DNA of 64,000 nucleotides from Nemertoderma westbladi (GCA_032718475.1 JAUCBJ010003670.1:6226-70225); one strand, 5' to 3'. Positions 37,401 through 48,951 are shown, numbered from the stretch's first letter. A program made the numbers and translations. Notes: generated by a model from the sequence alone, not told the origin.

Positions 37401-40400
37401 CCCAGCGAGGGCCTGGTAGGCCACATAGTTGGTAGGCAGGGAGTAGAGGGCCTGGTAGGCCACGCAATAGCAGAGGGAGAGGCGGGGGTGAATAGACCCG
37501 ACCGCGATAGGGTTGATGTGTCGGCTAGAGAGGGATATAGTAGCGTAGTGAGGGATAGCGAAGTTAGATGTGGCGAGTGGGGGGGGGGGGGGGGGCTACG
37601 AGAACCCCACAACAGCAAGTCAGCGGCGAAAGGGGGGGGGTGCAGAGAGTGTCCCACAGCCGTCAGCGGATAATGCGCGGGCCGAAATAGGTAAACCGCA
37701 ACACCCGGCGACGGAGAGTAATAGGGGGATTGCGAGTATCCCCAGCGGCGTGCGACTGAGTAGAGAGAGACAGGTTGACGTCGTGAGAGGGCGGACGAAG
37801 CGTCGAGCCCGATCAGAAGAGGGAAGAAGAACAGTGGGATTTAACCGGGAGGTCGACGAGAGATCTCACGAGCGGGAATATTCCACCGAAAGGAGAAGAA
37901 GAGAAGACAGTAGTAGAAGTATCGCTGAGAACGATAGAAGAGCGAGGACGGACAGCGAGCCGTCGGTAGTCGAGATGAGAACAGAGAGTGAGTGGGGTCG
38001 AACTCCGGGAGATTGCCGTCGCCCCGGAGAGATGCGACCTGGCGGGGCGCACTACGCGCCGAGAGAGGGGTACGCGATGTACCGGTACGAAGATGAGGAC
38101 AGTAGAGAGGGGGGTCGAAGAGAAACTTTCCGACGAAATACACCTACCGATCGAGAATGCGGTAGCCGCGGGGAGGATTATTCGAGAAGAATAAACTTCG
38201 ATCCCGAGTGACACATGCAGACTGTAGGACATACTGTAGGCCTTACTGCACATACCATAGGCCATACTGAGAGAGGCAATGTAGGCGATAGGATGGCGTG
38301 GACAACGGGATTAAACCCGGAAGTCGCGGAATACATACCGGCGAGTAGGCCAGAAGCTGATAGGCCTATACCAGTACCAGCACAGCAGTATGACTACAGC
38401 ATGCAGGGACATAACATATACCCAGGGGAGGGGGGAATTATTGCGGACAGGTGTATGGGCCCCAACATATTAACATCAACCCCAGTACCAAACATACCGG
38501 TGGGGGGGGGGGGCAGGGTGACATTCCCCCATCACAATATCAACAATATACCCCGATAGGAGCAAGAACAACGAGACCCTTGGATGAGAATAGGTCGTGT
38601 GATACAGAAATATGGAGGGGGCCGCTACCCCCGATGACATACCCAAGTCAGAGAAAGTCAAGAAATAGGACAGACGAGCCGCACCAGACAGGAGAAACTA
38701 TGCAGCACCCATCGAATCCATTGGAAGCGCAGGCGATGGGGATGGCCACGTTGATCGATGCGTTGAAAACGAGGATCGAGTTACCACCCGTGGAACCATT
38801 CAAATTCGATGGGAGTAGGCCGGAAGAATATCTACAGTTTCGGCGCATGTATAGTAACGAAATACTAACAAAGAACTTGACGCAGGCGGAGTGCCTAAAG
38901 TATCTGCAAGTATACAGGGGAGGCCCAGCATACGACATCGTGAGGCAATATCAAGGAATAGAGGGCGGCTTCACGACTGCATGGCGGGCACTGGATAGGG
39001 AATACGGGCACCCGGCCAAGATCATCAGACAGACACTCAGAGGCATAACATCGGGTGGCCTACAGGATAATCCCGTTAGCATTAAGACATTTGCTAACAA
39101 AGTTGAAAAGGCGCTAATCGTGCTGAAGACGCTAGACGCGCCATACGAGCTCAACGCGTCCAACAACATCACCACGATAGCGCAGGCACTACCGAGCTGG
39201 CTGCGCAACAAGTGGAGAAAAATCGCCTTCTCCACTCGAGATAAGAAGGGTGCGGAACCGGGTTTAGAAGAAATGTCAAACTTCTTAAACTACGAGGCTG
39301 AACTAATAACTGACCCAGTCTATAGCGAAGATAGCCTGGGAAAGGGACCGAAGACGGATTACCATAGACCGAAACCAGAGCACAATACATCAAACGCAAT
39401 ACCGAGGCTCAGGCAATCATTGCCATATGCAGCGACGCAGGGGACTGCAAGTCCACAGCTAGCCGAAGATGAGACCACACCATGGAACGGACAGGGGAAC
39501 AATAACAACACGAATAAATATAACCCCAGTACGTCCAGTAGGCCGAATCCAAACAATAAGAATAGTAGGGACTTTGGTACAAACGCAACTGCGATACGCA
39601 ATGCGCTGTATAAGGAGGGCTACGACCCAAAGAGCAAATGCCAGTTACACGCAAATGCACTTCATCAGACCATGAACTGCAGGTACTGGCAGGCGCTATC
39701 TAGGCAAGATCAAATAGATTATGCGTCGAGCAATAAAATCTGCTCGCGATGCGTGACGAGTGGACATAGAGCAAGGGAATGCAAGGAGAAGCCGGTAAAA
39801 TTTGGTCAGAGGAGAGGCCAAACGATGGTGACGAGCACAGTAGGGGCGAAGAAGAGAGGAACGGTGTTACTTGGAGTAGTACCCGTGCGAGTGATTGGGG
39901 AAGGCAATCGATCAGTAACAACACTAATGCTGGTTGATAGTGGAGCTGCCTTCACATTAGTCGAGGAATGGGTGGCCGAAGAGATAGGATTGAGAACGAG
40001 GCCAAGCAGAATGGCGGTAACAACCATCTCTAGCAAAGATGAGATCCTGGAGATGAGAACAGGACGGTGCGCAATTGCAGCAGTGGCACCAGGATGTGAC
40101 TATGGGGCAACCATTGACCCCATCCAAGTGATAGAGTCAATTAATATCAATGCCAGGCGGCCAACCAACATCGAGGTCGAGCAGTATAAATTCCTGGACG
40201 ACATTGACTTCTCAATCCCAGATGTGGACGTTAGGAAGGTATCCATCATAGTAGGAATGGACTGCCCAACGGCCCACGAAAGAATGCAAACAGTCTTCGG
40301 CGAAGACAAGCAGTGTGACCCGGTGGCGATATTAACACCATTCGGGTGGACACTGACAGGCCCAATTAAGAGTAATATACCATTCCATGCGTCTGAGAGT

Positions 40401-41084
40401 TCAGGATGCATGGTGCCAGGAACTGTCGACGAGATAGAGGAGAGGCCAGAGATGGGCAATAGTGGTAGACAGCTAGAAGTGGAAGCAACACCACGAGAGT
40501 GGGCGGAGGAGAATGGCATGGATGCAGAAGATCTAGAGACGATGGGTTGGAACAAGAGTCCCAGCAAGCATCGGTATGGAGATGGAGAGGAGCGGACGGC
40601 AAAATGTCCGGGGGACAGGCCGGAGGAGTGTCCGGAAGAGATGCCGGTCCGGTTGGGAGGCATGCCGACAAGGGGGAGGCCGAGCAGGAGGACTAAATGG
40701 AAAGGGAGAAGACTTGAGACGATCAGACCAGGGGCAGAGAAGACCGTGGGTGGGCGTGTGATGGACAAAGGATCCGGGAAAGTAGGAGGCGTGCTGCATA
40801 TGCACGCGGGACTGACAGAGTGTGAAGGGGCATTACATGGGCAGAGACCGTGTATACCGAAGGACGAACGGGGGTCGTCGAGGCCTTTAATGCCAGCACA
40901 CATATTAAGGGGGAGGCCAGCAGAGGTGGCATCTAAGATTAAGGAGAAGAACAGGGGCGGCATTATACCGCCGGGTGACACGTTGAAGGGTGGCACTTTG
41001 CCGCCAAGGGACGACCACGAGATCAGAAACATAAATAGCAGACAGCATTTCCAAAACAGGAGAAAAGACCACCTATCGAATTGA
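34402..41084 (+). pseudogene. Large BEL/Pao gag-protease polyprotein, broken by frameshifts and a stop
   Basis: Duplicated coiled-coil N-terminus and an Asn-rich linker, then LPPVEPFKFDG...LKYL (DUF1759-like), CQLH..H...C and CSRC..GHRAREC knuckles, and LVDSGA aspartic protease with TPFGW. Breaks at ~34615, at G-runs ~37580-37640 and ~38505, and at TGA 38209. Confidence 0.8.
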
Positions 41085-41394
41085 CAAGGAGAGCGGAGCG
41101 AAGAATTAGAGAACCTATAGGGGGGCAGTGGGAGAGTTGCCTGCTGGAGGAATCACCCCTTGGGTCGCTGAGTTGTCCAACAGGTTGGACTGGGATGGAA
41201 GAGTTAGATCCGTAAAAGGTGCGGGCAGAGGTGTTACCTGTCTGCTAGAAGGAGCACCTTAGTGGAATTAGAGAAGAGTTTAGTCGTCCAAGATTTGGAC
41301 TGAGGGGGGTGGGATTGAGGGCGAGACGCCCTTCCCACACAAAAAAATAGAAAACAAAATAATAAGTACATAGTAGGTACGCAGTTAGTAGGCA

Positions 41395-41850
41395 GAAGTT
41401 AGTTAAGAGGTACGTAGTACCTAGTTAGTTAATTAGTTAGGAGGTACGTAGTACCGATAGTTAGTTAGAGAGTTAGAGGGTACGTAGTACCGTTAGTTAG
41501 AGGGTTAGTTAGAGGGTACGTAGTACCGCTAGTCAGTTAGAGAGTTAGTTAGAGGGTATGTAGTACCGCTAGTTAGTTAGAGAGTTAGTTAGAGGGTACG
41601 TAGTACCGCTAGTCAGTTAGAGAGTTAGTTAGAGGGTACGTAGTACCGCTAGTCAGTTAGAGAGTTAGTTAGAGGGTACGTAGTACCGCTAGTTAGTTAG
41701 AGAGTTAGCTAGAGGGTACGTAGTACCGCTAGTTAGTTAGAGAGTTAGAGGGTACGTAGTACCGTTAGTTAGTTAGAGAGTTAGAGGGTACGTAGTACCG
41801 TTAGTTAGAGGAGAGTTAGAGGGTACGTAGTACCGTTAGTTAGAAGAGAG
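41395..41850. repeat. ~30-40-bp minisatellite (AGTTAG...AGAGGGTACGTAGTACCG) inside the LTR element
   Basis: About 12 tandem units, each with a GGTAC-GTA-GTACC hairpin. Confidence 0.9.
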
Positions 41851-42272
41851 AGAGTAAGAGGTAAAAGGGGTATATACAGATATAGATATTAGTTAGCAGT
41901 TAGTAGCGAGAGGGGGGCATATGAGTACAGTTGGATAGATCGTGTAGGCCGCGCGACATATACTGCTGTACTGCACAGGCCCACAGAGAAGGCCAGAATG
42001 TGGATTAGGAGATAGAATAACCCATAGGCAGTAGCAAGTAATAGGAAACAGTAAGGTAGTAGGATTGAAATTAAATCAAAATAAAATTAGAATAAGAATA
42101 GGGCTAAGAAGGGGAACAAATTATGGTAACAGTAGTAAGAATAGGCAATAACTCAGAAATTCAGAAAGAGATAGGCCATCGAACTGAACTTAAACCACCT
42201 AAACCCATCACTCATCACGTTTGTGCCTTGGCAAGGCACCACCTACGGGTGAGCAATCGGGCAGAGTTCGAG

Positions 42273-43196
42273 ATGGCAGGCAAACTTGTAAGAGAGGAGA
42301 GAAGCAGATGAGAGGGAGGAGGAAGCTAGGGCGCAGAGCTACGGCTTCGAGGAATAAGCAGCCTTAGACGAACTTCGTTGGGCTTCGTCAGGGAGTTCGG
42401 GGGAGTCTCTAGGGAAAGAACTGGGGTGGACGGTGGGATCACCGAAACAGCCGACGTCGGGATTGCAAGCGATGCCCATAACAGCGGGTGCCGAGGGCGA
42501 ACAACCGCAAAGGAAGTTAAGGGAGCTAGAGGGATGGAGAGCTACGGGCGAGAGCCAAGGCGGGAAGGGACATAGTGGGTCCACCGGGATACCGGGGTTG
42601 GGACCACTGCGAGAGGAGGATGGGGACGACGGCGAGTTCGGAGAGATGCCGCCCATTGAGAGGATAGGCCACTCGGACACGGACTGGGTTGGCGGGAGGG
42701 TGGTGACGGCCAGTGGGGCGAGAGCCTTCTGGGACAAACCCGGCAAACGGGCCTGGGTGCACGAGGAGCCGGCCATGGATTTCGCGGGGAGCACTATCAG
42801 GTTGGGCAAGCAACCGGGGACGACACCACGGGTAGTATTCGGAGAGACGATGCCCGGGAGGGGCGAGGAGATCGACGTAGACAGGGACGCTAACGTCTAG
42901 AAGTTCGCCTATCAGCGACTCCACAGACTGTGGAGATCGCTTGAGATGAAAGACGACGTGGGGCGGGAGACATTGGTACATTGGAGACATTGGTACTCGG
43001 TTGCGGCTACTGTGGGAGACAGACCCACCGGGAAAGGAGCTGCTTGTACCGGTTCCAGAAAGGGACCAGCTGTCTCTACTGCCACGAGACGAGCCACAGG
43101 ATGGGAGCGTGTCCACGGTTGCAGAACCGGTGTCCGAAGTGCAACTTTCGGGGACACCACGGACGCCAAGGAGGGATGGACTGAGGCTTTGATGTA
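42273..43196 (+). pseudogene. Extra 3' ORF of the LTR element with Cys/His zinc knuckles
   Basis: Frame 42433-42900 continues past a TAG. After a GAGACATTGGTAC duplication it shifts to CGYCGRQTH..RSC, CLYCHETSHRMGAC, CPKCNFRGH. Confidence 0.55.
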
Positions 43197-43865
43197 GTGC
43201 GCCTGGAAGGCGCCAAGTGAGACGTGCGAACCAATGTACAAATTTAATTAATGTGAATAATCATATAAGTACAATTTGTATGTACGTACGTAGCAATCAG
43301 TAATCTACAAATATATACGTTCGGAGTAAGTACTATAGTCATACAACCTTTCTCAATTAGCTACTGGGACTGGGGGGTAAACTGACTATGGCACTATGGA
43401 CGAGACACCAGACAATTTCACACTTCTTGAGTGCGACGGCACAAGAGGGGGGGGAGATTCGTCAGAAGGGATGAGGCAGTCGAAGTAGGGTTGAGGAACG
43501 GAGTAATAGTGCGGAGTGCGGAGAGAGTGCGGACGCAATTCTAGTGTGGGGGGGGGGAGAATAAGAGGCTGAGTGAGGGACGAGGAGGTCCGAGTATATG
43601 AGAGAGTTAGGGTGAGAGTGAAGAAGAGATAGGGCGGAAGTGTTGGGGAAACAAAAGTTGCGTGAGAGGTGAGCGCGATCGGCCCGACATGAGACGCCAG
43701 GCACACAGGGTAGCGTTATCATACCCATAGGGAGCGGCCTGGAAAGCCGGCTCCGAGAGAAAAGAATTCCACCCCACACCCGATACTAGATCGGGATCCA
43801 GCGGGATTGTAGCGCACTTTTTGGTTGATGCTATCTTCTTACTGGGAAGATAGCATGGGGGGGAG

Positions 43866-44405
43866 TGTTAGCTTATTCAATCCCGCTAACACCCCATAAA
43901 GTTATAAGCCGATAAGCAATATTGGGAGCCACGAGATTGGGTAATTAACCAACTCGTGCCATCCCAATAAGAATGGGAAGGAAGCACACAATGAGGGTCA
44001 GGGGCCAAACCCCTAACCCAGAGAGAACAGGTGGAGTGAACGGGAACACTCCAAAGGGCGCCAACAAGGGTATCAACCAATCAGAGGGGGGAAAGGCATC
44101 GATTAGGTAGAGTAACAAGGCCAACCGTGCAATATAGCCACTTGGCAGTAATCATATCAATTCAGTTATCTCAGTGCAATACTGGTGCTAGTTTAGGTTA
44201 CATAGTTTAGCTAGGGAAGGACCGGGACTTTAGTTACCGTATCCCGCCTTCCGTGTACAACAACCTACATCTATATCTTTATACCGATCATTATATACAA
44301 CGAAGGACACGAACTCATTTACTCATTTTCATTTACTCTTCACACACGGCGGGGACGCGTAAACTAACAACGGATAAACCGGGATCTCTCTTGGATCCCG
44401 TCACA
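43866..44405 (+). repeat. 3' LTR
   Basis: Direct repeat of 33655-34194, preceded by the PPT and followed by TSD GTAAC. Confidence 0.95.
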
Positions 44406-44699
44406 GTAACGACAATAAAATTTAGATTTGATAGCCTAAATGAATTTCGTTGTGTAGTTTGTTGTGCTTCATATGCTTGTCTTTTTCGTGAAATTCCGTA
44501 ACGATGTTTAGACTCGACATGCTGCATGATTCACCAGTCTAAGAATTTAAAATTAACATTCAACAGTGTTGGCCATATGTCGCACTACGTTTACGTCATA
44601 ATAGCTTGCATTGGCAATTGCAAACCAAGCTGCTATTTTGACCCAAAGTTTAGAAAACACGTGCGATTTGAAATTCCGTAATGATGGAATTCATGTAAT

Positions 44700-44969
44700 G
44701 TCATTAATACTGTAGAACAAACCGGATGGAAGTGTATCCTCAAAATTTTATTTCCCTTTTTTTAATAAAATAACATTCTCTACATTGTTATACATGGATG
44801 GTAACGTGGCTAAGTAAAATATACTTTTTATACCTACCACCCAGTTTTCGTTTGGATTTATAGGTAAGGCACCATGGAAATTGATCTGATAATTACTACC
44901 GGTATTACGGGGAAAATCAATTGGACACGAGTTACTTGGTAGCCTAACATAGAATTCATCCATCTCCAC
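44700..44969 (-). pseudogene. Minor capsid (penton) 1, N-terminal part
   Basis: EFYVRLPSNS...FPRNTGSNY...WVVGIKSIFY, an in-frame TAA at 44748, then NFEDTLPSGLFYSIND up to the TSD. Confidence 0.85.
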
Positions 44970-45825
44970 CGCGTATTAACTTAAGTGTTATAACAGTGCG
45001 ACCACCATTGAAATTAATTAATTCACCTTGTCCGTCATGTAAAGTAATTAAGATTGTTTTTAGTTTTTTATTCAACAATGAGTAATAGCAAATGCTCTCG
45101 TATTCGTGATTAATATATTTTCGATTTAATTGTGTTAAAGGACAGGTTCTTAAGAGCGGAGCTAAAGCGTCACCAACAAAAGAGCTCTCAATAATATCTG
45201 TATATATGAAGATTGTATCTTTATTACGAGTAATATTCATAGGATCTGGAAAATCTAAAATCCCAATTTCCGAAATTTTTGGTCCACTATAATTTAAAAT
45301 TAATATCGGCTGTTCTATATTGCTTAATTCATCCACTGTAGTGGTACTGTATATATCCCAATTCGGAATACCTGGATGATTCTGATCCAATAACTGTTTT
45401 AAGCCTAGAATTTGTATTAAATCACCGCGTAGACTTAATTGTATTTTTTTCAACTTTTTAGGAAATTTAAATTTAATTCTAGAATTATTTGTATTAAAAA
45501 TGAATTTGAAATCTCTATATTTCGCTTCAGAATTAAACAGTTTATTTATATCATCAATAATGACTTGAATAGAGCTATGCATACCAGGAAATAAACTGTA
45601 TAATTTGGCATCTTTTGCATCTACCCCGATTGACAGTGAGATTTGAGTTTGCAAAGTAATATTACTGTATGTTGCTTGATATTGAATCTCGGCAAGTCCA
45701 ATTTTAGCGTTTGAACAAATATATAATTCTTCGGCTAAATCAACAGTAAACTCGCTAGGGTTATTATTGGGGTATGTGTTTAATGAGCTATCTGAAACTA
45801 GAGTGATATATGTATCTACAGCCAT
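44956..45825 (-). CDS. Minor capsid (penton) 2, intact
   Basis: YITLVSDSSLNTYPNNNPSEF...IGLAEIQY...IFIYTDIIE..FVGD..APLLR...ITLHDGQGELINF..GRTVITL. Confidence 0.9.
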   Translation of the reverse strand: MAVDTYITLVSDSSLNTYPNNNPSEFTVDLAEELYICSNAKIGLAEIQYQATYSNITLQTQISLSIGVDAKDAKLYSLFPGMHSSIQVIIDDINKLFNSEAKYRDFKFIFNTNNSRIKFKFPKKLKKIQLSLRGDLIQILGLKQLLDQNHPGIPNWDIYSTTTVDELSNIEQPILILNYSGPKISEIGILDFPDPMNITRNKDTIFIYTDIIESSFVGDALAPLLRTCPLTQLNRKYINHEYESICYYSLLNKKLKTILITLHDGQGELINFNGGRTVITLKLIRGGDG

Positions 45826-45837
45826 TATTATTATTAT

Positions 45838-46505
45838 TTAAGCTCTCTCTGCATGACTCCATTGTACATACTGTACTGTATAATGTTAAACTATAGACAT
45901 CTGTGACCACGTTCATTGTTTCTACAGTATATGCGAGAGATAAATATTTAAAGCGAATGAACTATAGATATTAGACTTACAGCATAGTAATATCATTCGA
46001 GTTAATATTGATTAATTACGATCATATGTGACCATTATTTGCTTAAGCTCTCTCTACTTGACTCCTTATACATACTGTATAATGTTAAATTATAGACATC
46101 TGTCACCGCGTTCATTACCGCTTCTACAGTATATGCGAGGGATCAATATTTTACTGGCTTTATTTAAAGCGAATGAACTATAGATATTAGACTTACAATA
46201 TAGTATAGTAATATCATTCGAGTTCAAAGCAAGCAAACAGTCGGCCGAAGCCGGAGGCGACCCGAAGGCTCCTCTTTCGATAGCTGCTACCCGAGGGTAG
46301 GGGTGGGCGCTACTCCTATCCCAAGATTTGCTCCCAGTTATTTAACTGGTACTCATTTTATCGACCCCAGTGGATGAAAGGCTGAGTGGACCCTGGCGGG
46401 GCTGAACCTACAACCAATAGATTGCAGGCCCGGCGCTCAACCAACTGAGCTACCCCGCCTTTTCGAGTTAATATTGATTAATTATGGTCATATGTGACCA
46501 TTATT
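45838..46505. repeat. ~200-bp imperfect tandem duplication upstream of penton 2; the second copy carries a SINE
   Basis: TTAAGCTCTCTCT...CATATGTGACCATTATT occurs twice. Confidence 0.8.
46225..46461 (-). mobile_element. tRNA-derived SINE, full length
   Basis: Same family as 17157. TSD TTCGAGTT (46217-46224, 46462-46469). The empty site is visible in the upstream duplicate at ~45996. Confidence 0.92.
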
Positions 46506-46540
46506 CATGCAATGAATTAATATACAGTATAAACCTAAAC

Positions 46541-47629
46541 TTATTGAATATGCTGTACCCACGACTGTTTTTTGGATCCAATGAATCGGACTAAATATTC
46601 TTTTTTCCCATTGCGCACACGTTCTTTAAGTTTGCCAATATTTTTGTCAATCGGAAGATAAATATTACTACTCGGGTGGACCTTTTGGAGTTCGTATGAA
46701 TAAAATGAACCATTTATTATAGCACCAGCGCTGTCCTTAATATCGAACATTACCGCTGGTACTCTATCCAATCTGACCCGATGAATAATAAATAATTCAC
46801 GTGTCCATTGTTCTCGATAGCCTTTAGCAAAAGCAGTACGCGCGATAGATAAACGTACTGTATCTCCAACTTGAAATTTTATTTTCTTGTGATTAATCTG
46901 TCTATATTTCCCATATAATCTATTAATTAATTCAGTTTCATTAAATTTATTAACTTCAATGGGAGTCATTTGTATAGTCCTATGAAATGACCTATTATAA
47001 GCAAAAATAAGCTTCGGTAAAATTTTTATCCAAACATTATTTCCCCGTTGCGTGAAAATTTTGAACATCTTTGTTTCTAATGTTCTATTGAATCTCTCGA
47101 CAATAGCCGCCTTATTCACAGAGTACATTACGTAATAACGTACACCAATAGTATCTAAATATTTTCTTACAGATTTATTTAGAAACTCAGACCCTTGATC
47201 AGTCGCGATTCTGTTTGGTTTACCTTTCTGGAATATTTTTTGCAATATACTAATAATTTCAATACCTGTTTTTGTCTTCATACCATAGGCAAAAGCAAGC
47301 CGGCTAAAGGCATCAATACATGTTAATATATAGTTATAATTATTATTTTGTGATTTATATTGCTGCATATCCACCAGATCTATCATATATATATCTTTTA
47401 ACCCTCCCGTAAATATTTTAGATGTTGGATAATGATGTCTACGTGGTGCGTGAAGGGAGTATGTCTTTTGCCCGCTCAACCATTTCTGAGCTTGAGATGG
47501 TTTGATGTTTGCGGCTTTTGCTAATTTTGCGATACTTGCAAAACCCGCAGGCGATGAAGGATCTAAATAAATTCTTAACAGTTTTTTGTCTAAGCTTCGG
47601 CTTAAAATCGGTTTCATCTTGCGTGGCAT
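46541..47629 (-). CDS. Polinton retroviral-like (rve) integrase with a chromodomain-like C-terminus
   Basis: IDLVDM, LTCIDAFSR, IATDQGSEF, KAAIVERFNRTL, FAKGY..QWT.E.F, KEYLVRFIG..SWV. Confidence 0.95.
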   Translation of the reverse strand: MPRKMKPILSRSLDKKLLRIYLDPSSPAGFASIAKLAKAANIKPSQAQKWLSGQKTYSLHAPRRHHYPTSKIFTGGLKDIYMIDLVDMQQYKSQNNNYNYILTCIDAFSRLAFAYGMKTKTGIEIISILQKIFQKGKPNRIATDQGSEFLNKSVRKYLDTIGVRYYVMYSVNKAAIVERFNRTLETKMFKIFTQRGNNVWIKILPKLIFAYNRSFHRTIQMTPIEVNKFNETELINRLYGKYRQINHKKIKFQVGDTVRLSIARTAFAKGYREQWTRELFIIHRVRLDRVPAVMFDIKDSAGAIINGSFYSYELQKVHPSSNIYLPIDKNIGKLKERVRNGKKEYLVRFIGSKKQSWVQHIQ

Positions 47630-47850
47630 CTTTTCGACAACCGCAAGTAATATGTATATTCAAATCTCTTATAAAGGGCATCACCGTAAAAACAGCTGAA
47701 ATTTTTTTATTTTCTTTGAAGTTGATGTTTTGAAGGGTTTTCTTTTTGTAGTATTTACTCTAGGTATATCTTGAGGTTTTAAATCAGTAGCTAACGGTTT
47801 ACTCGATACTAAATATAATTTTCTAAATGTTACTCCCGTTTTAACCATTA

Positions 47851-48234
47851 TTACCATCCGCGGTTAATTTTTTTCGCAATAGCCGCTCCAGCGGCGGCGG
47901 CACCAGCACTCGCGGCGAGTTTCGCACCAATGCCGAGTAAGGGTATTAGAAACGGTAGTATGCCTCCAGATTGATTGGTTAACTTTTTTCTGTAACTTGA
48001 TATATTTTTTGTTTTGCGGTTGAGCGATTTTAATACCTTTTTATAACGACGAATATTTCTAAATGAATGAGGGGTCAATTGTACGTTACCTTTTAGAACA
48101 TTTAATGCGGTATTTACAATGAGCCGTATTAATTCGTTACTCGCGGTATGGTTAATAAAATAAGTTCTTTGTTGAGGGGTAGCGCTGCGTAGAAATTCCA
48201 ATTCGTTACGATATTTCTGCACAAGTCTATTCAT
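47851..48234 (-). CDS. Conserved Polinton virion protein with a QSGG site and hydrophobic/amphipathic tail
   Basis: ALNVLKGNVQLT...KKLTNQSGGILPFLIPLLG, located next to the ATPase as in related elements. Confidence 0.7.
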   Translation of the reverse strand: MNRLVQKYRNELEFLRSATPQQRTYFINHTASNELIRLIVNTALNVLKGNVQLTPHSFRNIRRYKKVLKSLNRKTKNISSYRKKLTNQSGGILPFLIPLLGIGAKLAASAGAAAAGAAIAKKINRGW

Positions 48235-48267
48235 TGTTGCAACATTATTGAAAATTGTTACAAAATA

Positions 48268-48951
48268 TTAATTATTATTATTATTATTATTATTATTTTC
48301 GCTACGTTTATAGTCAATGTAATTTTTAATGTAACAATTATGATTACGAAATATATCCGATCTAAATCTTAAATGTTCGGGTGTTTCCTGTCGTAAATCA
48401 ATTAAGAAATGCGAAAATGGTTCAATAGTCGCATCTTGATAGGAATCTACTAAAAATTTGGTCTGCCCTGGTAACATCTGCTTCGCGAAATTTAAAACCG
48501 ATAAACTGTCTCGCGGATTTTTCATTAATACTAAGGTATGGCTATTAATTGATCTTGTGCGGTTATGCTTCCCACCGTAAAACATGTTTTGCGTTATGAA
48601 ACAAATAAATATATTGGAATGATGAGCAACCTTAGTAAACAATACAGTTAAGGCTGTACTAGACTCAGTTTCTGTTAATAAATCATCTATAATTAATAAA
48701 TCTCGACTATTCACTAAACTATCTATATTTTCAGGCAAACCTTTGTAAAGGTGAGTAATACCAGGAATAGTCGGGGGATTGCTCCCATAACAATACAATA
48801 CTCGTAAGGGGGGTTCGTTGAAGCAGCCATTCTTGTGTTTAATTAAATTACCAACAAATGTAGACTTTCCGGAACCAGACGGGCCAGAAATTATCATACT
48901 CGTTCCCATTTGAAAGTTTAAATTATATGGACCTGAATTAAAGTCAGCCAT
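48268..48951 (-). CDS. FtsK/A32-like genome packaging ATPase
   Basis: Walker A GPSGSGKST, Walker B LLIIDD, HH.N...ITQN, RFR. Confidence 0.95.
   Translation of the reverse strand: MADFNSGPYNLNFQMGTSMIISGPSGSGKSTFVGNLIKHKNGCFNEPPLRVLYCYGSNPPTIPGITHLYKGLPENIDSLVNSRDLLIIDDLLTETESSTALTVLFTKVAHHSNIFICFITQNMFYGGKHNRTRSINSHTLVLMKNPRDSLSVLNFAKQMLPGQTKFLVDSYQDATIEPFSHFLIDLRQETPEHLRFRSDIFRNHNCYIKNYIDYKRSENNNNNNNNN

Larger units (their letters stand above)
33655..44405 (+). mobile_element. BEL/Pao-type LTR retrotransposon, non-autonomous (gag plus protease only)
   Basis: 540-bp TG...CA LTRs, 5-bp TSD GTAAC, G-rich PPT at ~43857-43865, BEL-type gag and protease. No RT, RNaseH or integrase motifs. Confidence 0.9.
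30662..44695 (+). mobile_element. Sola2-like DDE DNA transposon inserted in penton 1
   Basis: 12-bp TIR CATGAATTCCAT / ATGGAATTCATG and 4-bp TSD TAAT (30658-30661, 44696-44699). Repeated GAAATTCCGTAACG motifs near both ends. Confidence 0.88.

Noticed and set aside
37570-38560. Programmed frameshifting in gag
   Set aside because: The breaks coincide with long G homopolymers, typical of slippage or sequencing error. No canonical slippery heptamer with a downstream structure was identified.
41395-41850. CRISPR-like array of palindromic repeats
   Set aside because: There are no unique spacers and no cas genes, and the context is a eukaryotic LTR element. It is a minisatellite.
34221-43779. Many minus-strand and alternate-frame ORFs in the LTR element
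   Set aside because: They are shadows of purine-rich, repetitive plus-strand coding sequence.
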